64,000 nt of DNA from Escherichia phage vB_EcoM_Lh1B, in the sequence record OK428535.1; one strand, given 5' to 3'. Below the pieces are notes generated by a model. The model did no database searches, had not been told where the DNA came from, and saw nothing but the letters and a program-made list of their open reading frames with translations. The translations under genes were made by a program, and so were the position numbers. This document shows positions 28,701-37,682 of this stretch, one piece after another (the first letter of the stretch is position 1; each line of letters opens with the position of its first letter).

Positions 28701-29485
28701 AGACGCAGGATACTTGCCCCACCGTTTGCGTAACAGAGCATCCAATCGATCAACTCGCCTGGATTCAACGTTGTTTCCGGTGGAATGCTCGGTAAACGGT
28801 ATTTTACCGCTAACGAATACGCACCGAACGTCGTGTTCTGGTAAGATAACGAATAACGACGACGCGACGCGTTATACGTGTAGCCGCCAGTACCGTCGTA
28901 CGTCGCATACTGCTCGGATGTGATAAGCGTGACACCGGCGCGATATTGAAGGTCTAACGTGTTACGAGCAATCGGGTCAACGCGACTGATCGCTTCACCG
29001 AGCTTAGCACCAACCGCAACAATGGCTTCCATCAACTCGGATTCGCCACGCCAGTTTTCCCAGTCGAACTTAATATCGACCGGTGGGAAATATAAGTCCC
29101 CAATGACGTTATCCCATTGGCAGTCTACGGGATAGCGATCTTTATTCGCTTCTCGTTCTGCGGCGATCATTTCTGCAGTGGCTTCACCGATGCCAATTGC
29201 GTGGTAATCGAGTGTAAAGCCACTCTGATATTTCGGGTTGGTAATCCACACGCCGCCGTGACAAACATGGCCAGTGCGTGCCATGCCCGTAACGTACGCA
29301 TGGGTGATGACGTAATCATCACCTAATGTTAATTTCTTGCCGCCACTCTTGACCACCAGGGATGTGGTATAAAAGGGGGCGTGTGCGGGGAACAGCATCC
29401 GGTACTTAGTACCGATCGGCGTTACCGCTTCACCGGTCTGCATATTCCCCGGTTCTTGATAGTGCGGGTCAGGGACGACAGCCAT
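25772..29485 (-). CDS. tail fibre protein (1237 aa)
   Basis: Giant ORF with AAGGAG RBS; N-terminal APFYTTSLVV...LGDDYVITH anchor motif; first gene of the minus-strand block. Confidence 0.7.
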   Translation of the reverse strand: MAVVPDPHYQEPGNMQTGEAVTPIGTKYRMLFPAHAPFYTTSLVVKSGGKKLTLGDDYVITHAYVTGMARTGHVCHGGVWITNPKYQSGFTLDYHAIGIGEATAEMIAAEREANKDRYPVDCQWDNVIGDLYFPPVDIKFDWENWRGESELMEAIVAVGAKLGEAISRVDPIARNTLDLQYRAGVTLITSEQYATYDGTGGYTYNASRRRYSLSYQNTTFGAYSLAVKYRLPSIPPETTLNPGELIDWMLCYANGGASILRLQLKQRAIYLTLTTAIGSGSSNYSYTLTTGLTDAELAGEVEFSVVRREGNGIYDITVKTSKQTVNYSFNVDNPPSEFAPGYQKTDVAKWLKFKSGVNLNWWAGENDYVQIRSLPGAPSPDVNNDVYQLLVKYHQIVDKLYRDAPAHTHVPRKDNPHRDSWGAIRALENNGIASDATLVYGKTQPQLTDYVNNLLPKLSALANKLLRLPTAAQSINGTFGMKPGLTSITSAVGTDESEGVGAQFTVDPRVXRFIGRDSQTVNAGNNPITWQGGANQLILYPDSRGLEFNGKKLLDPTTVGPYLPGNESGGDGLFYGTSTATVTINGNGIQSVPFICTFVPPESDDLGLMAVRLLATEFGDREDLAATPALIKKLDQQFTGKLVAVKSYINDMPLTXSIYIDKTNFGLSNVQNIPDVQLPISPLQRAELDKYAVVGHTHTPDALGIKRATTTEFGLVQFGTAVDDATLALDGAEVIRQADAITEIEKVAKTVDSGASINIIRYGLPGTDIIENGITYTDWMVTIKANDYFVGREYKVPLSTFNLAELFPATHEDAEFGVYVDAAGXDGKYIIYENPNTAETETMTKIGSIVTSETGVVFVEIRNVTRLGEFRELGEHIEDDNAHIRRGMTQADFGFTYGTGGPVWSTGAPGTKRIDADWRYAQASSYTPMLKADYDPAADKWTFKTTSLSVTXYRFVHNTFPMFQNNGITATWTPLTATADSVLETVIGCCHHSATFMHRISVLVARTAGRITTPGGVSTYAGIAVNYGRAAQVVIGLNGVTGSGHDWTALNPSVRFSHARTADGISFVGTINIDSKTINFELTLTATTKTLKYTLQSTGESWTEDLSTRLRPDYIDLTKLITDPSTPIYHGVGGLFSSDTEARLTYANLNTMPTKNRYYATFLDYAINYSGLNRARFFTGVVDAGSTINEMNSAMCNYSYSSFRPVDTGKIPPAAHPSKMMTFNPKNTSGRTLIIRD

Positions 29486-29552
29486 TTTACACTCCTTTTC
29501 TCTGAGGGCGTCGAGTTCATACTATGACCCGAATCCTTAGAGGAAACAGCCA

Positions 29553-30815
29553 ATGACTACTGCTTATCAAGTGCGGGCCGACAGCGCTTTTGGCTTCTCT
29601 CGAGACACCCGAACTTGGGGAACCATCGATGTCACGCAGCCCTTAAATACCCTTTGTGCTAACTACCACTTTTTCGAAGTAGGACTAGAAGCACTAGGTG
29701 CTGAATACACCTTCTATAGCCAGTATCACCTGGCTGATTTACAAAACCGTACGGACACGTTGCAAGATTGGTTAAACACCAANNCAGGAACCCCGATTCC
29801 CACGCTTGGGAAGGGCCTNCCGAANCTCNAATTNNTTGNGGCANATTACCAGTCTATTAATGCAGATGTGCCCGTAGAAACGCACCTGTGCCCTCCTGGG
29901 TACCACTACACTCAGGACTTCAATCCTGATGATGCACACGACGTTGTTGTAGTCTGCGACGATGAGTGGAAAGAGAAATACCGTACTGGGGTACTGTACA
30001 ACATCAACGGTCAATGGGTACCGCACCAATCTGACCCAGTGGGTGTTCGCTTAACCGGCGCTGGTAACATCGTGCGGAGAGCCAACACACCCNACANCGG
30101 CNGTCTAGTGATGGCGAATATTGGTAAAGTGAAGACTTACCCCATATCCGGTTTAACGATGAACAAACTCGATACTACGCGAGATTACTATTCTTCGTTA
30201 ATGTTGACCTTACCCGATTCCATTACAGGGAAAACCGTTGGGTTCGTCATCGGGGGTATTCTGCATTGGTTGCCACCGCAGGGCTATTTCAGCGACCGTG
30301 CGATTATGCTGAGTCTGCCAAACCTTAGCGTGGCGAAGATTGTATTGGAAACCCGTCGCTATTACGATTGGGACGCCATCGGTGTAGGTGATTTAAGTAC
30401 GCCTACGTCCGTTCAACGTATTCGTAACTCAGAAACGTTAAAAGCGTTGCTGACGCACGAATCCTCGTTTATCTTTACGATAGACAACCCGTATCTCGAA
30501 AAAGAGATTCACGGAATAAGCCACAACGCTATCTGGGGCCGGTTCTATTTAAAAGACCCGACTGACCCAGATGGGAAGAAGACGCTAGGTCCTATCTTTA
30601 ACCGTATTGGTAAATGTGTAGGGTACTGGCCGACCTGGGAAGAAGGGGAGTGGGTCTTTAATACCACATTCTTCGACCGGGAAAACTTTTTNTTGGGGAA
30701 CGCACGTTGGTNTAACCAGAATTTGGNAAANGACNCNCAGGNAATNGNNGGGCCTTTCGGGGNTTGGGGTAAGCCGTTTNTTGAAATGCATCGCTACAAA
30801 GNAAGAAAAAAATAA
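29553..30815 (+). CDS. hypothetical protein
   Basis: 420-aa ORF with GAGGAA RBS, divergent from the fibre operon; n-rich at the 3' end. Confidence 0.55.
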   Translation: MTTAYQVRADSAFGFSRDTRTWGTIDVTQPLNTLCANYHFFEVGLEALGAEYTFYSQYHLADLQNRTDTLQDWLNTXXGTPIPTLGKGXPXLXXXXAXYQSINADVPVETHLCPPGYHYTQDFNPDDAHDVVVVCDDEWKEKYRTGVLYNINGQWVPHQSDPVGVRLTGAGNIVRRANTPXXGXLVMANIGKVKTYPISGLTMNKLDTTRDYYSSLMLTLPDSITGKTVGFVIGGILHWLPPQGYFSDRAIMLSLPNLSVAKIVLETRRYYDWDAIGVGDLSTPTSVQRIRNSETLKALLTHESSFIFTIDNPYLEKEIHGISHNAIWGRFYLKDPTDPDGKKTLGPIFNRIGKCVGYWPTWEEGEWVFNTTFFDRENFXLGNARWXNQNLXXDXQXXXGPFGXWGKPFXEMHRYKXRKK

Positions 30816-30823
30816 AAGGTAAA

Positions 30824-30846
30824 CCCTACTCCCAATGGGAGNAGGG
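30824..30846. terminator. bidirectional rho-independent terminator
   Basis: CCCTACTCCC-aat-GGGAGnAGGG hairpin with A-rich and T-rich flanks. Confidence 0.55.
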
Positions 30847-30877
30847 NACCTATATNTTTTTTTTGCCNGNNGGCCGA

Positions 30878-31087
30878 TTACGCGTTTACNTAATANATGG
30901 CGTTGCCGAACATTTTGTTGTTGCCGCCACAAGCGGTAACTTTAAATGCTACGCCGCCTTCAGCTTCGGCTTTCTTAGCCAGCGCTTCGGTAACTTCGGT
31001 AACGGTGCTCAGTCCAGAAACCTGAACGGTGCCTGCTTCTACCAGACCAGAAACGTCGCTGCCTGCGGTGATTTCACGAATGCTCAT
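30878..31087 (-). CDS. small protein with YdgH/BhsA/McbA (DUF1471)-like domain, no signal peptide
   Basis: 69 aa with GGAGA RBS; GTVQVSGLSTVTEVTEALAKKAEAEGGVAFKVTACGGNNKMFGNA.Y fits the DUF1471 pattern as recalled. Confidence 0.45.
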   Translation of the reverse strand: MSIREITAGSDVSGLVEAGTVQVSGLSTVTEVTEALAKKAEAEGGVAFKVTACGGNNKMFGNAXYXVNA

Positions 31088-31295
31088 TTACTTATCTCCA
31101 TTAACAAATGATAGCAGAAGAACCCTATGTTCAACTACTTGTACTTCGAGGCATATTAACTGCCCCGTCTCGTAAATTAGTTGACAATAAACCGGCTTTT
31201 GTGCGAAAAAAGTGGCTAACCGTGTACAAGCGATTTGGGTTATCGTTNCAGTTAGGNGGTTTATTGTCACAATATACAGCTCACACGTAATTAAA

Positions 31296-32228
31296 TTAGT
31301 GCGGTGTGCTAGTGTCGTTGCCCGGACCATGGCCAGTATGCAAGTGAAGACTAAAGGTAATGCCGCCGATAACCGATTCGGTAACTGTGAATGTACCCTT
31401 ACCTTCACCCTTGCCATTATAGAGGAAATCCTTACCTACTTCCAGGTTGCCGGTAAATAGATTCGTTGGACAATCGGTCTTCCAGTCTTCAGTCGTCCAT
31501 GCCATGTTTTTCGACGCTGTAGAGTTGCGAGTTTCGCACTTCTCGTTAATCGTTTTTGTCTCGAGATTAATAGAACGTTTAGCATAAATGAAAGCGTCCT
31601 CTTTATTGATATTAACCTTCGATCGGCAGGCGTTTTCAAACCCTAAGTCATCCTCTGGGGAGTTAAGGTAGAACTTACGCCCTTCGTCATCTACTAACTG
31701 GAAAAACCCATCGCGTGTGTTCAATTGAAATAGATACGCATTTTTCTCACCGTTAGTCATACTGGTACGTAAAGTAACGTGACCATCCATCGGGGAGATA
31801 TTCAGTACGTAGGCGTTAGAGAGGTCATCGGCCATCTGGTTTACTGGGTCAGCAGACCAGGCGTATACCCCATCTTCCAGTCGCTTAACGTTACTGTTGT
31901 TTAAATCTTCCCAGAAGTACATATCAGTTTCACCGATACGCCAGATTCTTACGTAGTCTTCTTTTTTCACATCCGGAGGGTTAACCCGGTTGCTGTTGGA
32001 CTTCATCCATTTTGCAGTGATGGCATTACCTTGCTTTACAGTAAGGTTGTCAGTACCACTTAAACTGTTGTGTTGCTTCTCTACAGGTGTCTCTGTTGCA
32101 TCGACAGCTGTAGGATTAATAAAGTTAACTTCGATAGGGATGACTTTAACTCGAGTGGCACCACGAGGTTTATCTTCCGCGACGATACCTATCGAGAAGA
32201 TGTGCAACCCTGACTTAGATTTATTCAT
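31296..32228 (-). CDS. hypothetical protein
   Basis: 310-aa ORF with GAGGAGGG RBS. Confidence 0.55.
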   Translation of the reverse strand: MNKSKSGLHIFSIGIVAEDKPRGATRVKVIPIEVNFINPTAVDATETPVEKQHNSLSGTDNLTVKQGNAITAKWMKSNSNRVNPPDVKKEDYVRIWRIGETDMYFWEDLNNSNVKRLEDGVYAWSADPVNQMADDLSNAYVLNISPMDGHVTLRTSMTNGEKNAYLFQLNTRDGFFQLVDDEGRKFYLNSPEDDLGFENACRSKVNINKEDAFIYAKRSINLETKTINEKCETRNSTASKNMAWTTEDWKTDCPTNLFTGNLEVGKDFLYNGKGEGKGTFTVTESVIGGITFSLHLHTGHGPGNDTSTPH

Positions 32229-32408
32229 ACCACCCTCCTCTCATACTACACTTTTTTACGTTTCGATCTCATCGTTTGACAATCGAGGAGTGTACGGGGG
32301 TAAGGGGGTTTATGTATTGGATGCGAACATAAACGGAGGTATCCGTAGGATACCGACATCCTTTTTGTAGTTGACCTTGACTTTTAACCTAACGAGGAGT
32401 GCAGTACC

Positions 32409-32726
32409 ATGTCTTTATTTCAAACCATTAAAAGTGCATTAGAGCGTAATGATGCAGACAGTGCCTTTACTGCGTTACAGAAAGCCAGTAACGGGAAGCT
32501 AGACAGCGTCTTTGCTAACAATCAAAGAATGCGCTTTTACAAAGTGGGGGAAGTAGACCAGTTCTACGACGAACTGTTTACGGGGGTAGTGCAAAGCGCG
32601 GTATACGCCATGCCGACTGAACAATTAAGTCAGTTTGAAAAAGGGATGCGTTACCAGCGGTTAAGTAACGACTACGCATTACTGAATCTGGCTATCGATG
32701 ACTGCGTCGTGCTGGTCGTATACTAA
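32409..32726 (+). CDS. hypothetical protein
   Basis: 105-aa ORF with GAGGAG RBS. Confidence 0.5.
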   Translation: MSLFQTIKSALERNDADSAFTALQKASNGKLDSVFANNQRMRFYKVGEVDQFYDELFTGVVQSAVYAMPTEQLSQFEKGMRYQRLSNDYALLNLAIDDCVVLVVY

Positions 32727-32732
32727 GTTTTT

Positions 32733-32751
32733 ACAGATAGATGTCATCTTA
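32733..32751 (+). promoter_or_regulatory. partial copy of the recurring intergenic motif (candidate phage promoter element)
   Basis: ACAGATAGATGTCATCTTA resembles the CTCAGA-YAGATATTATCTA motif seen upstream of other plus-strand genes. Confidence 0.25.
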
Positions 32752-32846
32752 GTGAGCATTGTGTATAAACCCACAGTCGCTTAAACACCAACTGTTCTTT
32801 AGTAACAGTTTTTGGTCGCTTTAGTGTACTTTAAAGGAAATACCAA

Positions 32847-34085
32847 ATGTATAACGAATACGAATTAGTTTACCAGACACCGAAAGAAGCATTCTTTAAT
32901 GCAGTAATTACTAACTCAATTGTACTGTTGGGAATGCAGTTCAGTATTCGGAGTATGGCTTACAGCGACGTAACGTGGCAGGATTGTGCGTACCTGCCAC
33001 AAAAGCTCTCAACCGTTGTCGAAAAGCGGCTGCTTGACAAAGGGGAAGTAAAGTGCCGTTTAGGCCACCACGTCTCTGACTTTGAGCCGTGGGTTGAGTT
33101 AACCATGACATTCGAAGGGGATTCGCGGGTAGCTTACCTATCGGGTAATCAAAACATCGGACGCGCCATTGCTGAGGGTAACACAATGTGGGTGCACTAC
33201 ATTCTTACTCTGCTGACCGGTAAACCGGTGTTCGAGTTAACACCTGACATGCCCGCACTAAGCGATAGCAACTGGTGGACTGGCGGAGAGCTGAATACAG
33301 GGTTTAATGAGAAATTACAAAACTTTAATTCAGAGCGACTCGATGTTGATGCGGAAGTGTTAGTGCAGCAGTTCCCCGAATTCACTGCGTACCAAATTAC
33401 TACCGTATGGAATAGAGCGGTAAGCAAGCGCAGATTCTACACGAAAAACGCACCGCGTGAAGCAGCCAAACCTGTGGAAATTGACGAAGACACCAAAGAA
33501 GCACTGCGTGATCTAGTCACCATAGCCAATGATAGCAATATGATGTTCTGGACATCTGATGAAAACGCTAACCATTATTTCGGTGAGATGTTAGACGCCG
33601 ATGTTTGGTCAGTAATGCCGATAGCAGAGCCCGGAAACCTTAAAGATTACCATAAGGTCGAAAAAGGCGATGTGGTTAATGAGAAGGTCGTCACCCTTCT
33701 TAACGTTTTCCGCGAAGTTATCCAGTCAGAAATACTGTTAAGCATCTATAAACGCAAGACCCCGGCCAGTGAAAATGACACGGCGTGGGTATTTGACTGT
33801 CGACCGACAAATACAATATCGCCTGCGTTCTGGATACAGGTGACAGGAAAGCTGCAGCGTGTGAACAGTTCCGTTGTTTCTCGCCTGCCAGATTCTGAAA
33901 NGCGCTCCGTTGCCGAACCTGCTTATTTGNTGTCGGNGAAGGNGGTANGGGATGCGTGGGGTACCAACGAACTGAAACAGTGGCATTACGATGCCATCAT
34001 CAAATGGGGTGTTAACAATGGCTGGAAAGAAGTGACTAAGTACGGCCGTCAACTATTGTTTGTCGCTGATTTGCGTTTACTGTAA
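32847..34085 (+). CDS. hypothetical protein
   Basis: 412-aa ORF. Confidence 0.55.
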   Translation: MYNEYELVYQTPKEAFFNAVITNSIVLLGMQFSIRSMAYSDVTWQDCAYLPQKLSTVVEKRLLDKGEVKCRLGHHVSDFEPWVELTMTFEGDSRVAYLSGNQNIGRAIAEGNTMWVHYILTLLTGKPVFELTPDMPALSDSNWWTGGELNTGFNEKLQNFNSERLDVDAEVLVQQFPEFTAYQITTVWNRAVSKRRFYTKNAPREAAKPVEIDEDTKEALRDLVTIANDSNMMFWTSDENANHYFGEMLDADVWSVMPIAEPGNLKDYHKVEKGDVVNEKVVTLLNVFREVIQSEILLSIYKRKTPASENDTAWVFDCRPTNTISPAFWIQVTGKLQRVNSSVVSRLPDSEXRSVAEPAYLXSXKXVXDAWGTNELKQWHYDAIIKWGVNNGWKEVTKYGRQLLFVADLRLL

Positions 34086-34095
34086 TCTCGTCATC

Positions 34096-34126
34096 GGGGG
34101 TCTTGTACCCCCTTCTTATTTTTTAA
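34096..34126 (+). terminator. rho-independent terminator
   Basis: GGGGGT-cttg-TACCCCC hairpin followed by TTCTTATTTTTT. Confidence 0.5.
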
Positions 34127-34145
34127 CCGTAAAGAGTATTTAACC

Positions 34146-34727
34146 ATGCCACAACCAATTATTGAACAACATGAAATGAACTACGAAGAACTGACCCGCC
34201 GCTATCGCGTGAAAGCCCCACGGGTAGTAGAAGGTTGCGAGAAATACAAAGAAGCAGACTTCGTGGTATTCCAACGCGAAGGTGTTCCGATGCTGGTGTT
34301 CGTAAAACACGTCACCACCGATAACGACGACCGTCTAGTGATGCTGTATAACGTGATGGCTACCGTACTAGATACTGATATTGGGTTGTTACGTCGTTAT
34401 AAATCATCCTACGAACAGAAAGCGAAGGTGGTTGCTTTTGACTTACCACGCACGGTACTAGTAGATGGTTCCCGTCCGGCTATTCTTCGTTTTACGAAAA
34501 GCGAAGACGACAGTAACCCAGCGCATATTGTTCAGCCACTAACGCTGTCGCAAGATACGTTACAGCAGAACGGTGGGATGGATTGGCTAAACGTCATGTT
34601 ACCGGGCCTAGCTGAAGGTCAGGAACTGCATCTGGTTTGCTACACCCCATCCGTCGAGCACACCTATGCGCGTTACCTTACCGAAGAACACGGTTTCCGT
34701 AACCACCGTGGTATTTACATTGCGTAA
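34146..34727 (+). CDS. hypothetical protein
   Basis: 193-aa ORF. Confidence 0.55.
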   Translation: MPQPIIEQHEMNYEELTRRYRVKAPRVVEGCEKYKEADFVVFQREGVPMLVFVKHVTTDNDDRLVMLYNVMATVLDTDIGLLRRYKSSYEQKAKVVAFDLPRTVLVDGSRPAILRFTKSEDDSNPAHIVQPLTLSQDTLQQNGGMDWLNVMLPGLAEGQELHLVCYTPSVEHTYARYLTEEHGFRNHRGIYIA

Positions 34728-34736
34728 GGTGAGTGT

Positions 34737-35300
34737 ATGTTCCGTTTACTAGAAATTCGAAACGATATCTGGCAAGAGCACATCCGCAACGATCCGGAGT
34801 GGGAAGGGGTTGAAAGTGATTTACCGGATAACCCCGACCAGCTGTTGGTGTTCCTTTATAGCGATAAAGCCAAACAGATCAAGGGGATATTTGAACGTAA
34901 AACGACAAGCTTGTCGACCTTACTGAGCTGCATTTGCTGTGGCGTCAGTGAGCTTGATCCCAATCTATTCACCAACTATCTTGCGCGTAAAGTCCGTACA
35001 CCGCTACTGGAGGTTACACTCCCGCCAGATATTCGTATCAGTAAAACTGTACCGACTGTTTTGCGTTTACAGGATGTCTCTGGCAGCAGCGACGACGGGG
35101 AAACAACGATTACCCTTTCCTCGTCAGAGAGTGAACTCGCAACCGAATCGTTTCTTAGCGAAGTCGAGGCCGGATTAAAGCAGGACGTAATCGTCTATAA
35201 TCTCGGCGGTGTGCCCATTGAGCCCATTTTACACTTCTTTGAAAGCCAAACCTGCCATCTCGTAGAGAGCTTAACATATCACTTTAAAGGAGCCTTATAA
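34737..35300 (+). CDS. hypothetical protein
   Basis: 187-aa ORF. Confidence 0.55.
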   Translation: MFRLLEIRNDIWQEHIRNDPEWEGVESDLPDNPDQLLVFLYSDKAKQIKGIFERKTTSLSTLLSCICCGVSELDPNLFTNYLARKVRTPLLEVTLPPDIRISKTVPTVLRLQDVSGSSDDGETTITLSSSESELATESFLSEVEAGLKQDVIVYNLGGVPIEPILHFFESQTCHLVESLTYHFKGAL

Positions 35301-35584
35301 TGAAACTCGAAGGTTATATTGTTACTGATAAGCCGTTTGTTGAGGCTAACCTTTCACGTTCTCAAGTTGTCTATAAAGACATCGATGTCCCTGCTGAAAT
35401 TGTTAAAGCGAANCCCAGCTGGCNAATCAACCNCGTTTCTTTGGAAATCACNAANCCGTTTATCAACGANCCAACCGNCCCATTTGTCGACATGGGTAAT
35501 TTCCGCGAGATTCTTTCCCCGCATCAATACCAGACAGTTGCACAGAAGAAAGGGAAGCTGCTCATTGAAACGTTGAGTGTGTAG
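35300..35584 (+). CDS. hypothetical protein
   Basis: 94-aa ORF; start overlaps the upstream stop; n-rich. Confidence 0.45.
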   Translation: MKLEGYIVTDKPFVEANLSRSQVVYKDIDVPAEIVKAXPSWXINXVSLEIXXPFINXPTXPFVDMGNFREILSPHQYQTVAQKKGKLLIETLSV

Positions 35585-35589
35585 TTTAT

Positions 35590-35630
35590 CTCCAGTAACC
35601 ACGAGGGTTACTGGAGTCCTCTTATTTTTT
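35590..35630 (+). terminator. rho-independent terminator
   Basis: CTCCAGTAACC-acgag-GGTTACTGGAG hairpin followed by a T-run. Confidence 0.6.
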
Positions 35631-35663
35631 ACACTTAACTCAAATTAATTTGAGGTGTGGTAT

Positions 35664-36251
35664 ATGACAGAACGTATTTTACGACTGCAAGAGAACAAGT
35701 TAGAAGACCTGCACGTAATGCGTAGTCGTGGCTTGTTTCCGGTGGGGCTTGATGTGAGTGGATTATTAACTGCCGCAGAGCACGGGGATAGGGTCATTAC
35801 AATGCATTCGCGTGGGAGCGAAGTGGTCTCTGCGATTTTCATCGATAAGGTTATTCCAGACTCGGAAAGCGGTAGGGAGGCAGGACACATCATTTACGAA
35901 TACTTTCGCAGCATTCTATACGAGGAAAAGATAAATGTCAAAACTTTTATGGAGTACGCTAAGCGAAATAACTACATCGATGCGCGACTGATGGTCACGG
36001 AAGGCACCCCAACTATAAACGGTAAAGTCCATCATCGTTTACTTGGGGCGCAGTTGCCGAGACTGGGTGAGTTACCGACGNNGNTAGAGCTANACCAAAA
36101 AACAGATTGGCGACACAAAATCGAAGTGCTTCACAAGCTTTACGATTTATCGATCGTTCAAATCAAACTGGTGGACTTCACGCCTGCAAATATGCAAATC
36201 GCTAAGCGAGCATTGGGTTTTCGTATTCTTAACACAACCTTCACATTGTAA
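35664..36251 (+). CDS. hypothetical protein
   Basis: ATG at 35664 with GAGGTG RBS. Confidence 0.55.
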   Translation: MTERILRLQENKLEDLHVMRSRGLFPVGLDVSGLLTAAEHGDRVITMHSRGSEVVSAIFIDKVIPDSESGREAGHIIYEYFRSILYEEKINVKTFMEYAKRNNYIDARLMVTEGTPTINGKVHHRLLGAQLPRLGELPTXXELXQKTDWRHKIEVLHKLYDLSIVQIKLVDFTPANMQIAKRALGFRILNTTFTL

Positions 36252-36255
36252 AATA

Positions 36256-36277
36256 TCTCAGATATATATTACCTAGG
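36256..36277 (+). promoter_or_regulatory. recurring intergenic motif (candidate phage promoter element)
   Basis: TCTCAGATATATATTACCTAGG upstream of the secreted-protein gene cluster. Confidence 0.3.
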
Positions 36278-36302
36278 TGAGAGTTAAGAGATTAACTCAA
36301 CT

Positions 36303-36331
36303 GGCTACCCTCGGGTAGCCTATTCTTTTTT
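36303..36331 (+). terminator. rho-independent terminator
   Basis: GGCTACC-ctcg-GGTAGCC hairpin followed by TATTCTTTTTT. Confidence 0.5.
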
Positions 36332-36356
36332 AAACCAATCGACTATAGAGTAAAAC

Positions 36357-36758
36357 ATGACTATCAAGAAGTTCTTACAAGCAGTAGTAGTTCTGGCCGC
36401 ATGTGGTATTGCAGCAACTTATGCTTTCGATAAGCCAGACGTGACTGAATACACATCAGCTGATTCGGATTATGGCATTGCACCGAATGAAAAACCGGAA
36501 CTGATGCGTGAGGTCGAACAGTTACAAATCTACAGACTGACGGACGGTAAGAACTGCACAGGGCTGGTTATCGCTGATAAGAAATTGAAAATGTATCAGC
36601 GGTTAATCGACATATCGTGCAATCAACCAAAAGTCACCTCGGTCAGTGTATCGCCACTGGAATTACCGAATTTGGTTGCTGTGAGCTTTTATCACAACGA
36701 TGTGCTCGTCGGTCGCATCACCCTCAATCGTGGAGATATCAAAAATGAAATGCAATAA
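36357..36758 (+). CDS. putative lipoprotein / secreted protein
   Basis: Signal peptide MTIKKFLQAVVVLAACG with lipobox-like LAAC. Confidence 0.55.
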   Translation: MTIKKFLQAVVVLAACGIAATYAFDKPDVTEYTSADSDYGIAPNEKPELMREVEQLQIYRLTDGKNCTGLVIADKKLKMYQRLIDISCNQPKVTSVSVSPLELPNLVAVSFYHNDVLVGRITLNRGDIKNEMQ

Positions 36759-37236
36759 CGTCAATCGCCNCTTGGCCAAAGTGGTGCTTTTTACTGTGCT
36801 GTTGATGGCAGTTGTTGTTGGGCTACGGATTTCTAAGGCACGCGCTGACGAATTCAGCGGGTTCCAGGGCAGTATTAACGGCAGCATTCCAGCATATACC
36901 CGCACCATCAATCTTAATGATAAGCCGTTCTGGTGCAATGCGCGTAAGCTGCTTAAGAAACAGTGTCGTGTAGTTGACATATCCTTCAACGGTCGTGTCG
37001 CTATCGTACACCGTCCTGGCGATAAAGATTGCCCAGGTGGTTGGTGGGGTGCAGTCGACCGTCACAATGGTGACGCGTTATGGCTTATCCCTAATCGTGA
37101 TGAACTATCAGTGGAGAAAATTTGCAGCAAAGATTTCAGGGCCGGTTTTGTACAGCGACCGGATACCAAAACTCTGGCCTCCATCGCTATGTACTACGGT
37201 ATGGAAACCATCAAAACAATCGACTATTCAGAATAA
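36745..37236 (+). CDS. secreted Cys-containing protein (paralog family member A)
   Basis: ATG at 36745 with GGAGA RBS; signal peptide; PFWC-x-C motif shared with 37259-37669. Confidence 0.55.
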   Translation: MKCNNVNRXLAKVVLFTVLLMAVVVGLRISKARADEFSGFQGSINGSIPAYTRTINLNDKPFWCNARKLLKKQCRVVDISFNGRVAIVHRPGDKDCPGGWWGAVDRHNGDALWLIPNRDELSVEKICSKDFRAGFVQRPDTKTLASIAMYYGMETIKTIDYSE

Positions 37237-37258
37237 CTCAAAAAATTGAGGTACTATT

Positions 37259-37669
37259 ATGAAACATTTTTTATTACCAGTTTTACTTGCTACTCTGGCC
37301 ATTAGCTTCTTCGCTCGCGCTGGAAGTATCGAGTTACCAAAAGTTGTTAACGATCACGAATACGGCGGGCCGTTCTGGTGCCAGAACTCTGACGTACAAG
37401 GCGGTAGCTGTCAGATCGTTGCGATGTCCGATAACAACCGTTACCTGTTAGTGAAAACGATGGGCGGTGTCGCATGTGGCGACCCTGAATACGGGGTTAT
37501 TAACATGGCAACAGGTCAGGCCGAATCCATGAACTACAATGATAACCAAGCCTGCAGTGGTGAAGCCGTTGCTGAGTTTACTCGCGACCCAGGTGATAAT
37601 GCCCTGACGGTTATCATGTACGACCCTACGATTAAGAAAAACGTGGGCATCAATAAACTCGACTTTTAA
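37259..37669 (+). CDS. secreted Cys-containing protein (paralog family member B)
   Basis: Signal peptide MKHFLLPVLLATLAISFFARA; GGPFWCQNSDVQGGSC motif. Confidence 0.6.
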   Translation: MKHFLLPVLLATLAISFFARAGSIELPKVVNDHEYGGPFWCQNSDVQGGSCQIVAMSDNNRYLLVKTMGGVACGDPEYGVINMATGQAESMNYNDNQACSGEAVAEFTRDPGDNALTVIMYDPTIKKNVGINKLDF

Positions 37670-37682
37670 GTAAGGAAACAAC

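Noticed and set aside
31150-31300. Sigma-70-type promoter calls (TTGACA at about 31172; TTGTCA-18 nt-TAATTA at about 31263-31292)
   Set aside because: Orientation and spacing do not fit the neighbouring genes convincingly and -10 elements are weak; not reported as features.
31088-31417. ORF 31088-31417 (-) of 109 aa
   Set aside because: Overlaps the start region of the 310-aa gene and the AT-rich intergenic region; hydrophobic low-complexity translation without RBS; more likely non-coding promoter/leader DNA.
35664-36251. Protein-kinase-like call (VDFTPANMQI resembling the HGDL.P.N catalytic loop)
   Set aside because: No Gly-rich loop, no catalytic His/Asp pair or DFG motif found; similarity too weak.
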